The notes under the pieces are model-generated. The model did not search any database and was not told the DNA's origin. It worked only from the letters and a program-made list of their open reading frames with translations. Made by a program: the position numbers and the translations under genes. From Oscillospiraceae bacterium (GTDB taxonomy: Bacteria; Bacillota; Clostridia; Oscillospirales; QAMX01), in assembly GCA_015067705.1 (NCBI GenBank), contig SVLW01000005.1, positions 14,666-78,665 of the forward strand: 64,000 nucleotides of DNA, read 5' to 3'. Shown here piece after piece: positions 46,539 to 55,595 of this stretch (position 1 is its first letter; each line of letters starts with the position of its first letter).

Positions 46539-46875
46539 GCGGAAAGAAGAAATGACGGCCCGCGTCGTGGAAAGCGTGCGCGGCGGAAACGGCAATACCG
46601 TTTTTCTTGATTTTCTCACCGAAGAAGAATCTCTGGGCAAGCTTCGGATTGCCGCACTGACCACGCTGGAGAAGGGCTGTTCCATCGGCCGTCATCCCCA
46701 TGGTCCGGACGCAGAGATTTATATCATTACGCAGGGCAAAGGCATTGTCGATGATGACGGCGTTGAGACGACTCTGGAAGCCGGCGATATTATTTACACC
46801 GGCGGCGGTGCATTCCATGCAATCCGTAACGAGGAAGACGAAGCTCTGCAGTTCATCGCGATCGTGATCAACTAA
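46531..46875 (+). CDS. cupin-domain protein (copy 1)
   Basis: G-x-H-x-H-type block (IGRHPHGPDAEIYII) and the second cupin motif (GGGAFHAIRN). The start ATGATTAA overlaps the upstream stop. It is a paralogue of the next gene. Confidence 0.7.
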   Translation: MIKRKEEMTARVVESVRGGNGNTVFLDFLTEEESLGKLRIAALTTLEKGCSIGRHPHGPDAEIYIITQGKGIVDDDGVETTLEAGDIIYTGGGAFHAIRNEEDEALQFIAIVIN

Positions 46876-46886
46876 GTCAAAAAGAA

Positions 46887-46918
46887 AACCGTCTGTCGCT
46901 TTAGGCAGACGGTTTTTT
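46887..46918 (+). terminator. intrinsic terminator after cupin 1
   Basis: AACCGTCTG-N10-CAGACGGTT followed by TTTT. Confidence 0.7.
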
Positions 46919-46940
46919 GCAAAGAAAGGGGAAGCAAGAC

Positions 46941-47285
46941 ATGATCAAGAAATTAACGGAAATGCCCGTCAGCGGGCATGACAACTGGTGCCGGGGCCGG
47001 GGCCATGCCGACGCCCTGCATCTTCTAACGGCGGAGGAGACCCGTGGCCGCATCCGCGACGCCATGCTGATCACCGTGGAAAAGGGCGGCTTCATCGGCG
47101 ACCATCCCCATGTGGATGACGCGGATCTTTATTACATCATCGAAGGCACTGCCCGTGTGGACGATAACGGCGTCCTGAAAGAGATCACGGCCGGTGAACT
47201 GAGCTATACCCAGGAAGGCGAACATCACAGCATCGAGAACATCGGCGACGGCGAACTGAAGTTCCTGGCGCTGGTTCTGCGCTGA
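46941..47285 (+). CDS. cupin-domain protein (copy 2)
   Basis: MIKKLTEM... parallels MIKRKEEM... of copy 1. Also has IGDHPHVDDADLYYII and GEHHSIEN. Confidence 0.7.
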   Translation: MIKKLTEMPVSGHDNWCRGRGHADALHLLTAEETRGRIRDAMLITVEKGGFIGDHPHVDDADLYYIIEGTARVDDNGVLKEITAGELSYTQEGEHHSIENIGDGELKFLALVLR

Positions 47286-47309
47286 ATCAGAGAATAAAGG
47301 AGAATCAGT

Positions 47310-48440
47310 ATGATTTACAAGGATTTTCAGGGTTTGAAGCTGTCGGCCCTCGGTTTTGGCACCATGCGCCTGCCGCTGACAGATACCGATCCCACCCACA
47401 TTGACGAGGGCGCACTGGCCGAAATGGTGGCCTATGCGCTCGACCATGGCGTCAATTATTTTGACACCGCATGGGGCTATCACGGCGGCCAGTCCGAGCT
47501 GGCCATCGGCCGCGCCCTGAAGCAGTATCCCCGCGATTCCTTCTATTTGGCCTCCAAGTTCCCGGGATATGACCTGGCGAACATGGGTAAGGTGGAGGAA
47601 ATCTTCGAGCGCCAGCTTGAGAAGTGCGGCGTGGAGTATTTCGATTTCTATCTGATCCACAATGTCTGCGAGCGCAATATCAATGAATATCTGGACCGCA
47701 GCTATCGTACTTACGAATACTTGATGCAGCAGAAGGCAAACGGCCGCATCCGTCATCTGGGCTTCTCCATCCACGGCAGTCAGGAAGTGCTGGAGCGGTT
47801 CCTGGCCGCCTACGGTGAGGGCATGGAGTTCTGCCAGGTACAGCTCAATTATCTGGACTGGGACTTCCAGGACGCCAAGAGCAAGGTGGCGCTTCTGAAC
47901 GAGCGTGGCATCGCCGTGTGGGTCATGGAGCCCCTGCGCGGCGGCAAGCTGGCCAATGTGGGCGAGGAGGAGCGTGCCCGTCTGGCCGCCCTGCGTCCGG
48001 AGACCACGGTGCCTGCCTGGGCCTTCCGCTTCCTGCAGTCCATCCCCGGCGTCACGGTGACCCTGTCCGGTATGTCGAACCTGCAGCAGATGCAGGAGAA
48101 CATCCGCACCTATGAGACGGAGGAGCCGCTGAACGCGGCGGAGATGGAGGCACTTCTGGGTCTGGCCGCCGACATGGTGCGCAAGACCGCTCTCCCCTGC
48201 ACCGCCTGCCGTTACTGCACCGCACACTGCCCCATGGAGCTGGACATCCCGGCGCTTCTGGAACTTTATAACGAGTACACCTTCACCGGCGGCGGATTCC
48301 TGGCTCCCATGCGCGTGAATGCCATGCCCAAGGAGAAACAGCCCAGCGCCTGCATCGGCTGCCGCAGCTGTGAGACCCTCTGCCCCCAGGGAATCCACAT
48401 CGCCGACGTCCTGGCGGACTTCGCCGAAAAACTGAAATAA
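47310..48440 (+). CDS. aldo/keto reductase with C-terminal 4Fe-4S ferredoxin-like domain
   Basis: 376 aa. AKR N-terminus (LGFGTMRLP...NYFDTAWGY). The C-terminus has CTACRYCTAHCP and CIGCRSCETLCP. Confidence 0.8.
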   Translation: MIYKDFQGLKLSALGFGTMRLPLTDTDPTHIDEGALAEMVAYALDHGVNYFDTAWGYHGGQSELAIGRALKQYPRDSFYLASKFPGYDLANMGKVEEIFERQLEKCGVEYFDFYLIHNVCERNINEYLDRSYRTYEYLMQQKANGRIRHLGFSIHGSQEVLERFLAAYGEGMEFCQVQLNYLDWDFQDAKSKVALLNERGIAVWVMEPLRGGKLANVGEEERARLAALRPETTVPAWAFRFLQSIPGVTVTLSGMSNLQQMQENIRTYETEEPLNAAEMEALLGLAADMVRKTALPCTACRYCTAHCPMELDIPALLELYNEYTFTGGGFLAPMRVNAMPKEKQPSACIGCRSCETLCPQGIHIADVLADFAEKLK

Positions 48441-48441
48441 A

Positions 48442-48484
48442 GAAAAACCCCGGGTGGAAGCAAAGTGCTCCATCCGGGGTTTAT
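48442..48484. terminator. bidirectional hairpin between convergent AKR and comEA-like genes
   Basis: AACCCCGG (48446-48453) pairs with CCGGGGTT (48474-48481). It is flanked by an A-run upstream and TATTTATT downstream. Confidence 0.6.
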
Positions 48485-48877
48485 TTATTCTACGGTAATA
48501 TACGGGCGAATCTTTTCATAGAGGCCGTCTCCGATCCCGGTCACGTCCCGGACATGGGAAAGCTCCTGAAAATCGCCGTTATAGGTGCGATAGCGCACGA
48601 TCCGTTTTGCCAGTGTCTCACCGATTCCGGGCAGGGTCATGAGTTCTTCCACCGAAGCGGTGTTGAGATTCAGACGCGGGCCGGAATCATCCGGTTCTTC
48701 CGCCGTTCCCAAAAGCGCATGGAGTTTTTCCTCCGCCGTCAAGGCATCCGGCACACGTTCGTGCATGGTATACCCGTCACCGGAGATGCCGACATCACGA
48801 AGCCGGCCGAGAAAACACACCAGCATCACGGCGACAAAAAGACCAGCCGCGATCCAAATCCCTGTTTTCAGGCGCAT
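48485..48877 (-). CDS. ComEA-family helix-hairpin-helix DNA-binding protein
   Basis: MRLKTGIWIAAGLFVAVMLV anchor and a C-terminal LNLNTASVEELMTLPGIGETLAKRIVRYR. I moved the start to 48877 so that it does not overlap obg. Confidence 0.75.
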   Translation of the reverse strand: MRLKTGIWIAAGLFVAVMLVCFLGRLRDVGISGDGYTMHERVPDALTAEEKLHALLGTAEEPDDSGPRLNLNTASVEELMTLPGIGETLAKRIVRYRTYNGDFQELSHVRDVTGIGDGLYEKIRPYITVE

Positions 48878-48881
48878 GGCT

Positions 48882-50153
48882 TTAGAGAATATAGTCGAAC
48901 TGATAGCCCTCGACGTCCACGGTATCGCCCTCGTTGATCCCCATTTCCTCCAGTTTGTCATAGACACCGGCCTCACGCAGCGCCTTGTCGAAGAACATAC
49001 GGGATTCGTAATCGGTGAAGTTGGTGCTCTGGATCAGGCGTTCCAGCCAGGTACCCTCCACATAATAGACACCCTCGTCGCAGGTGATCTCGATCTCGCG
49101 GGATGCGCCGACATCGATCATGGGCGGCACATACTCCGGTTCAAAGACGATGACCGGCGGCAGCTCGGAAAGCTGACGGGCGGCCTCCCGCACCACATCC
49201 CGGACACCGGCAGTGGTAGCGGCGGAAATCTCAAAATACGGCAGACCCTTTTCCTCGATATAGGCACGGAAACGCTGGTAGGCTTCCTCATCCTGGATGA
49301 TATCGGTCTTATTGGCCACCACGATCTGGGGACGATGGGACAGCGCCTCACTGTACACAGCCAGTTCGCGATTAATGGTCTCAAAATCTTCAATGGGGTC
49401 ACGTCCCTCAATGCAGGACACGTCCACCAGATGTAAAAGCAGGCGGCAGCGTTCTACATGGCGCAGGAAATAATGACCCAGGCCCGCGCCTTCACCGGCG
49501 CCCTCGATGAGACCGGGGATATCGGCGGCTACAAAGCTGGTGACTTCGTCCACGGACACCACACCCAGGTTCGGCACCAGGGTGGTGAAGTGATAGTTGG
49601 CGATCTTGGGACGAGCGGCAGAAATCACGGACAGGAGCGTGGACTTACCAACATTGGGGAAGCCAATGAGGCCCACGTCCGCCAGAAGCTTCAGTTCCAG
49701 AGTCAGATCGAAACTCTCGCCCTCGAGACCCGGATGGGCAAAACGGGGCACCTGGCGCCGGGGATTGGCAAAATGGCTGTTACCCCAGCCGCCGCGGCCG
49801 CCGCGGGCCACGATAAAGGGTTCGTTATCGGAAAGATCCTTGATGAGTGCGCCGCTGTGCTGCTCCCGGATCAGGGTGCCGCGGGGCACTTTGACGATCA
49901 CGTCCTGGCCGGACTTGCCGTAACAGCGACCGCCGCGGCCGTTCTCGCCGTTGCCCGCCACATACTTACGAGTGTAACGGAAGTCCATCAGAGAGGACAT
50001 ATGGTTATCGGCAATAAAGACCACGTTGCCGCCGCGGCCGCCGTCGCCGCCGTCGGGGCCGCCGGCTGCGATATACTTTTCCCGATGGAAAGATACCGCG
50101 CCATCGCCGCCGCGACCGGCCTTCACATGAATTTTTACAATATCAACAAACAT
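48882..50153 (-). CDS. obg: GTPase ObgE/CgtA
   Basis: MFVDIVKIHVKAGRGGDG Obg fold, GFPNVGKST, DIPGLIEGA, and a C-terminal OCT domain. I moved the start to the ATG at 50153. Confidence 0.95.
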   Translation of the reverse strand: MFVDIVKIHVKAGRGGDGAVSFHREKYIAAGGPDGGDGGRGGNVVFIADNHMSSLMDFRYTRKYVAGNGENGRGGRCYGKSGQDVIVKVPRGTLIREQHSGALIKDLSDNEPFIVARGGRGGWGNSHFANPRRQVPRFAHPGLEGESFDLTLELKLLADVGLIGFPNVGKSTLLSVISAARPKIANYHFTTLVPNLGVVSVDEVTSFVAADIPGLIEGAGEGAGLGHYFLRHVERCRLLLHLVDVSCIEGRDPIEDFETINRELAVYSEALSHRPQIVVANKTDIIQDEEAYQRFRAYIEEKGLPYFEISAATTAGVRDVVREAARQLSELPPVIVFEPEYVPPMIDVGASREIEITCDEGVYYVEGTWLERLIQSTNFTDYESRMFFDKALREAGVYDKLEEMGINEGDTVDVEGYQFDYIL

Positions 50154-50175
50154 ACTTCTGGTATCTCCCACTGGT

Positions 50176-50475
50176 TCAGAATTTGGCAAGAATGGATTCC
50201 ACGGTGGGAAGCTCCGCCGCACGGCGATATTCCCGGCAATCGGCGCTTCTGGTCAGGAATCCGAAATCCACCAGTTCACGCCGCACCAATACATAATCGG
50301 AAAATGCTATTTTCGAACGGATGATGTCATTGATCTCCAATTCGGTATAAACACGATCCGATTCGAAAAATTGACCCACATAGGCCACCACAGAAAGCCG
50401 CTGACCGAATTTCTTGGGACAGCGTGTCACCACACCGTTTTCATCCAATAGTTTTTCAAGAGAAAAGTATTTCAT
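50176..50475 (-). CDS. DUF2087-domain protein
   Basis: 99 aa from the internal ATG at 50475. ...RVYTELEINDII...YVLVRRELVDFGFLTR... matches my recollection of the DUF2087 pattern. The upstream part of the tracked 181-aa ORF overlaps rpmA and has low-complexity composition. Confidence 0.6.
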   Translation of the reverse strand: MKYFSLEKLLDENGVVTRCPKKFGQRLSVVAYVGQFFESDRVYTELEINDIIRSKIAFSDYVLVRRELVDFGFLTRSADCREYRRAAELPTVESILAKF

Positions 50476-50539
50476 ATACACATTCCTCATAGAGAAAATC
50501 CCGAACCTTCGAGAAAAAGGTTCGGGACTTTTTGTTTGC

Positions 50540-50824
50540 TTACTGCTCGAGCTCGTAAACAGAAACCTTCTTGCGGTCCTTACCAACACGCTCAAAACGA
50601 ACGGTGCCGCTGGTGAGGGCAAAGAGGGTATCGTCGCTGCCGCGGCCCACGTTGGTGCCGGGATGGATCTTGGTGCCGCGCTGACGAACCAGAATATTGC
50701 CGGCCAGAACGAACTGACCATCCTGACGCTTCACGCCAAGACGCTTGGACTCAGAATCACGGCCGTTCTTGGTGGAACCAACGCCCTTTTTATGAGCGAA
50801 GAACTGAATACCAATCTTTAACAT
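50540..50824 (-). CDS. rpmA: 50S ribosomal protein L27 with N-terminal pro-peptide
   Basis: The MLKIGIQFF extension precedes [23 protein letters not shown]. Confidence 0.95.
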   Translation of the reverse strand: MLKIGIQFFAHKKGVGSTKNGRDSESKRLGVKRQDGQFVLAGNILVRQRGTKIHPGTNVGRGSDDTLFALTSGTVRFERVGKDRKKVSVYELEQ

Positions 50825-50827
50825 AAC

Positions 50828-51142
50828 TTACACCTCCGAAATTTGTAGAAAACGAGGATATTCCTCAGAAAGTTCCGATAAGTACAGGTAAAGCGCCTGC
50901 AATACCGGCTGAGCAGCCACAGAGGGTTTTTGGAACCCAATGGTGATTTCTGCCCGTTCTTCGTCTGTCTGTACTTCCGCGGAGAGCTTCAGCACGTCGT
51001 TTAACTGACACTCGGCCAGTCTGACGGCGGAAGTGATGGCGGCACACACGATGTCAAAACCCCGCGGCGCGCGCCCGGAATGTCCGCTGACCCGAAAGGC
51101 CAGGAAAGCATCCCCTTCCCGGAAGAACGTGACCCTGGTCAT
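50828..51142 (-). CDS. prp: ribosomal-processing cysteine protease Prp
   Basis: 104 aa. SGHSG...DIVCAAITS (His/Cys dyad). Located between rplU and rpmA. Confidence 0.85.
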   Translation of the reverse strand: MTRVTFFREGDAFLAFRVSGHSGRAPRGFDIVCAAITSAVRLAECQLNDVLKLSAEVQTDEERAEITIGFQKPSVAAQPVLQALYLYLSELSEEYPRFLQISEV

Positions 51143-51454
51143 TTATGCGTTGACCTTTTCGATCTGGATCTTGGTGTAGGGCTGACGATGACCCTGACGA
51201 CGACGATAGTTCTTCTTGGCCTTGTACTTGAAGACCATGATCTTCGGGGACTTGCCGTTCTTCAGAACCTTAGCGGTAACGGTTGCGCCCTCCACATAGG
51301 GATTGCCAAGCTTTGCCTCGCCGACCTCACCGCAAGCCAGAACACGGTCGAAGGTGACAGTTTCATCAGCGGCGACATCCAGCTTCTCGATATAAACGAT
51401 TTCGCCCTCGGTCACTTTGACCTGCTTGCCGCCAGTTTCAATAATTGCGTACAT
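51143..51454 (-). CDS. rplU: 50S ribosomal protein L21
   Basis: [14 protein letters not shown]... I moved the start to the ATG at 51454. Confidence 0.95.
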   Translation of the reverse strand: MYAIIETGGKQVKVTEGEIVYIEKLDVAADETVTFDRVLACGEVGEAKLGNPYVEGATVTAKVLKNGKSPKIMVFKYKAKKNYRRRQGHRQPYTKIQIEKVNA

Positions 51455-51541
51455 GGTTTTACCTCTCTTCTTTTTTAGAGTCACGCTCTGACGGGTGGAG
51501 AAAAACTCGGCTTACATACCCGTCCCGATGCGGCCTTTGGT

Positions 51542-51570
51542 ATTATAGCATTCGGGATACTCTTTGTCAA
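51542..51570 (-). promoter_or_regulatory. rplU operon promoter, followed by a roughly 85-nt leader with hairpin
   Basis: On the minus strand, TTGACA (51565-51570), 17 nt of spacer, then TATAAT (51542-51547). The leader contains a GACGGGT...ACCCGTC stem. It may be an L21-leader-type element, but I could not verify that. Confidence 0.6.
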
Positions 51571-51616
51571 TACTTTTTCCCCAAAAAAGCAAAGTTTTTC
51601 CGGGAAGATTCCCGGT

Positions 51617-52303
51617 TTATTCGAAATAAAGATGCAGATATCCGTCATATACGGAGATTCCCGCCGGTGCTCTGCCGTAGGAGGCAAAGTAATCGGTGAG
51701 GGCGCGGTTTGCGCCGCTCATCCAGGCATCCGGCAGATAGGATACCGGCAGATCAAGACGCTCCACCGTCATCGTCTGGGGATCCAGGGTGATCGTGCCG
51801 GCGGCGGCGTCATAGTCCAGAAGGAAGCTCACCGAGAAGGTGATCTCCTCCGGCGCCAGCTGCAGCGCCATGCGTTCCAGCGCACCCAGCGCCGTCTCGG
51901 CGCTGTCCATGATCTCCAGGAAGCGGTCCCGCTCCGCCCGGCCGTCCACCTCCATGGTGCCGTCCGCCCGCAGGCTCAGGCTCCCAAGCGTCAGAGGGAA
52001 GCGCTCCGCCATAGCATCCTCCAGAAGCTCCCGCAGCTTTTCCTCCGTGATTTCGATCCGGATGGCGTCATCGGGAACCAGATCGGTCAGTCCGTCGCCG
52101 TCCTGCGGCGCCTCATCAGGGACAGATGCTTCCGGTTCCTCCGACATGGAAAAGCCCACTTTTTCCAGAAGCTCCGTCAAAAGAGTGCCGCCGTCGGTAC
52201 TCTTGACCGAGGAAAACAGTACCGCGATCAACAGCACGGACAGTACCAGCACCATGAGAAAGATCAACACACTCAGGCATCCGCCTTTTCGCTTACCAAA
52301 CAA
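51617..52303 (-). CDS. hypothetical membrane-anchored protein
   Basis: 228 aa with an N-terminal TM helix (LSVLIFLMVLVLSVLLIAVLF) and an acidic extracellular region. No recognisable motif. Confidence 0.5.
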   Translation of the reverse strand: MFGKRKGGCLSVLIFLMVLVLSVLLIAVLFSSVKSTDGGTLLTELLEKVGFSMSEEPEASVPDEAPQDGDGLTDLVPDDAIRIEITEEKLRELLEDAMAERFPLTLGSLSLRADGTMEVDGRAERDRFLEIMDSAETALGALERMALQLAPEEITFSVSFLLDYDAAAGTITLDPQTMTVERLDLPVSYLPDAWMSGANRALTDYFASYGRAPAGISVYDGYLHLYFE

Positions 52304-52436
52304 AGACAGTTCACCTCATCGGGAGATATTCGGTATTCCACCGTATGCAGGCCGTCCCGCATTCATGCAGGACAGCAAAGAAACAGCGCCGCGATGAATC
52401 GCGGCGCGGCATGTTTCTGAAAGACAAAAAACGGAC

Positions 52437-52850
52437 TTACAGGTACTTGGCCAGATGTGCCTCTGCCTCGTCCTTTTCACAGCTCAGCATCACGGTGAAC
52501 TGGATATTGTGCTCCTCACCGAATGCATCGATCTGCTTCACAAAGCGCTCCAGCTCTGCCATATCATCGGTACGGGCGGCCTTCTGCAGGCTGTCGATGA
52601 AGATATGAGTGACATCAAAGTTCTGTGCATAAACGGCGCAGATGAAAGCAAACAGGGAATCAGCACCCGGAGCAAGCGGATATTCACATATATCGATCAA
52701 ACGTGCCTCATACTTAATATCATAAGTCAGACTGCGTCCTGCCTCAATACAAACAATACTACCATGGTCTGCCTCAACAGCGTGGTTGACCATGTCGATC
52801 AGCATCTTGGTCTTGCCAGAGCCTTTTTTGCCAATGATAACCTTAACCAA
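52437..52850 (-). CDS. minimal P-loop NTPase of unknown function
   Basis: 137 aa. Walker A GKKGSGKT at residues 7-14 and a Walker-B-like THIFIDS. TTG start with GGAGGAG 9 nt upstream. Confidence 0.55.
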   Translation of the reverse strand: MVKVIIGKKGSGKTKMLIDMVNHAVEADHGSIVCIEAGRSLTYDIKYEARLIDICEYPLAPGADSLFAFICAVYAQNFDVTHIFIDSLQKAARTDDMAELERFVKQIDAFGEEHNIQFTVMLSCEKDEAEAHLAKYL

Positions 52851-52994
52851 TTTGCATCTCCTCCTTCTTTATTGTGGGGGTCTACTCCTGTCATTATTTT
52901 ACCACAGCTCGCTTCATCTGGCAATGCGTTTTTTGTAAATATTTTTCCCTGCAAAAAACATGCGCGGAAATCCTCCGCGCATGTTCCATTTGCC

Positions 52995-54131
52995 TTATTC
53001 TTTCATCATAAAGTTCCGAAGGAGACCCTCATAGATCTCACCGGTGCCCAGTCTCTCCACGGACTGCGTCGCCACCAGCGGGATCTCCGCCAGGATTTCC
53101 TCCCCCAGACGACAGCGCAATACGCCCAGCCGCTGTCCCTGTTCCACCGGCGCTTCCACGGATTCTGCCAGCGTGATCTCCTGTGTGACGTCGGCCGCCT
53201 GTGCCTTTTCCACCAGCACCGACCCCTCATGCTCCGGCTTTACGCACACTTCTGCCGCAGTCCCCAGGCTTACCGGCACCGGGGCAAGCTGCTCTTCGGC
53301 AGAATGCAGCGACACCACCGCATAGTTGGCAAAGCCGAAATTCAGAAGGCCCGAGGCATCGGCATTCCGATGGGGAGAGGTATCGGCGTGCAGGATCACG
53401 GCGATGAGCTCCATCCCCTCCCGACAGGCGGAGGCCGATACGCAGTATCCCGCACGGGAAGTATACCCGGTTTTCACGCCGGTGGTGCCGTCATAGAAGC
53501 GCACCAACTTATTGGTGTTGGAGAGACCAAACGCCCCGTCCCGGACAGTGTCCATCCAGATGGTGGTATACTCCCGGATCATCTCATGGGACAAAAGTTC
53601 CCGGGACATCAGGGCAATGTCATAGGCCGTGGTATAGTGCTCCTCGTGGTCGAGACCGCAGCAGTTGGCAAAATGCGTATTCTCCATGCCAAGCGCCGCG
53701 GCCCGGGCGTTCATCTGCTCCACAAATCCCGCTTCACTACCGGCCAGATGCTCCGCCATGGCCACACAGGCATCGTTTGCCGAGCTGACTGCAATGGATT
53801 TCAGGAGATCCTGCACCGTCATGCGTTCTCCCGGCTCCAGGAAGATCTGAGAGCCGCCCATGGATGCCGCATATTCCGAGGTCACCACTTCGTCCTGCAG
53901 CCCCAGTTGTCCCCGCTCGATGGCCTCCACCGTCAGGAGCATGGTCATCACCTTGGTCACACTGGCGGGCGCCATGCGCTCGTGGGCATTTTTCTCATAA
54001 AGGATGGTGCCGGTGCTGCGCTCCATCAGCAGCGCACTGGGCGCCATCACCTCCGGCGCCGCGGGTGCGGCCATCGCCGACATGGTCAATAAAAGCGCGA
54101 AAACGCCGCACAATAGAATCTTTTTCATCAT
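52995..54131 (-). CDS. D-alanyl-D-alanine carboxypeptidase (PBP5/DacB-type, peptidase S11)
   Basis: Signal peptide, SVTKVMT (SxxK), SANDA (SxN-like) and KTGYT (KTG). Confidence 0.85.
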   Translation of the reverse strand: MMKKILLCGVFALLLTMSAMAAPAAPEVMAPSALLMERSTGTILYEKNAHERMAPASVTKVMTMLLTVEAIERGQLGLQDEVVTSEYAASMGGSQIFLEPGERMTVQDLLKSIAVSSANDACVAMAEHLAGSEAGFVEQMNARAAALGMENTHFANCCGLDHEEHYTTAYDIALMSRELLSHEMIREYTTIWMDTVRDGAFGLSNTNKLVRFYDGTTGVKTGYTSRAGYCVSASACREGMELIAVILHADTSPHRNADASGLLNFGFANYAVVSLHSAEEQLAPVPVSLGTAAEVCVKPEHEGSVLVEKAQAADVTQEITLAESVEAPVEQGQRLGVLRCRLGEEILAEIPLVATQSVERLGTGEIYEGLLRNFMMKE

Positions 54132-54283
54132 TTCTCACCTGTTTCCTCGATCATTTTTCAGATTTCACAGGTGTATTTTCTGTCCGAGGGTGTAATTTAT
54201 GCGGTTTTCGTCCTTGTATATCCCGGGCAATTATACTATAATAGGGATATTACGCATGAATCCGCACAATCGAGGAAGCTTTC

Positions 54284-55576
54284 ATGAAATTTGCTTTTTA
54301 TACCCTTGGCTGCAAAGCCAATCAATTTGATACACAGGCGCTTGCACAGTTCTGTACGGCCCGGGGACATCAGGTGGTGTCCTGGCAGGAGGCCGCGGAT
54401 GTCTATGTGGTCAACACCTGCACGGTGACAGCGGAGAGCGACCGCAAATCCCGTCAGATGGTGCGCGGCGCCAGACGGCGTGCGCCGGAGGCCGTGGTGG
54501 GCATCTGCGGATGCTTTTCTCAGGTATCGCCGGAGGCCGCCGGAGAACTGGGCGCCGACGTGATCTGCGGCACCCGGGACCGGGAGGAATTCCTGCGCCT
54601 GCTGGAAGCCGCCGCCGCAGAACGAACGCCGAAAACTCATGTCATCCCCTATACGCTGGGCGTGCCTTTTGAGGAGCTTCCCTCCGGCGGGTTCGACGGC
54701 CGCACCCGCGCCCTTCTGAAAGTACAGGACGGCTGTGACAATTACTGCACTTACTGCATCATCCCCTATTCCCGCGGGCACATCCGTTCCCTGCCGCTCT
54801 CTGCGGCAGCCAGAGAAGTGCAGAAGCTGCGGGATGAGGGGTATCTGGAAGTGGTGCTCACCGGAATTGAGATTTCCTCTTACGGCAGGGATTTCCACGA
54901 CGGCACAGGCCTGGCGGATCTTCTCGAGACCATCTGCCATGCCGCCCCGGAGGTGCGGATGCATCTGGGCTCCTTGGAGCCCCGCACCGTCACGGAGGAA
55001 TTCTGCCGCCGTATCGCGGCGCTTCCCAATCTTCTGCCGCATTTCCATCTCTCCCTGCAGTCCGGCTGTGACGAGACCCTTCGCCGGATGCACCGCCGCT
55101 ATACTACTGCTCGGTTTTTGGAATCTGCCACGCTTTTGCGGCAGTATTTCCCCCAGTGCGGCATCACGGCCGATCTGATCACCGGCTTCCCCGGGGAAAC
55201 CGAGGAGGAATTTGCGGAAACGCTTTCGTTCCTCAGAACCTGCATCTTCTCCGATATGCACGTCTTCCCCTATTCTGAGCGTCCCGGCACGCCTGCGGCA
55301 GCCATGACGCAGCTGCCCCGCGCCCTGCGGGAACAGCGGGCCCACGAGGCCGCCGCCGTGGCGGCAGAGCTGCGGCAGACATTTCTGCTGACCCAGATCG
55401 GGCGGGAGGAACCCGTGCTTTTTGAGGCAGACCGAAACGGCGTCCAGCAGGGACACACCACCAATTATCTGCCCATTTCCGTGCTGCATACCGAATCTCT
55501 GAAGGGGCGCATCCTGCCGGTGCGGATCACCGACGTGGAGGGCGACCAACTGACCGGCGAGCTGAAGCCTATGTAA
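54284..55576 (+). CDS. mtaB: tRNA t6A37 methylthiotransferase MtaB (radical SAM MTTase)
   Basis: 430 aa. UPF0004 N-terminus (FYTLGCKANQFD...VVNTCTVT), the radical SAM motif CDNYCTYC, and a TRAM C-terminus. Confidence 0.8.
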   Translation: MKFAFYTLGCKANQFDTQALAQFCTARGHQVVSWQEAADVYVVNTCTVTAESDRKSRQMVRGARRRAPEAVVGICGCFSQVSPEAAGELGADVICGTRDREEFLRLLEAAAAERTPKTHVIPYTLGVPFEELPSGGFDGRTRALLKVQDGCDNYCTYCIIPYSRGHIRSLPLSAAAREVQKLRDEGYLEVVLTGIEISSYGRDFHDGTGLADLLETICHAAPEVRMHLGSLEPRTVTEEFCRRIAALPNLLPHFHLSLQSGCDETLRRMHRRYTTARFLESATLLRQYFPQCGITADLITGFPGETEEEFAETLSFLRTCIFSDMHVFPYSERPGTPAAAMTQLPRALREQRAHEAAAVAAELRQTFLLTQIGREEPVLFEADRNGVQQGHTTNYLPISVLHTESLKGRILPVRITDVEGDQLTGELKPM

Positions 55577-55595
55577 GACAGGGATTTCCCTGTCC

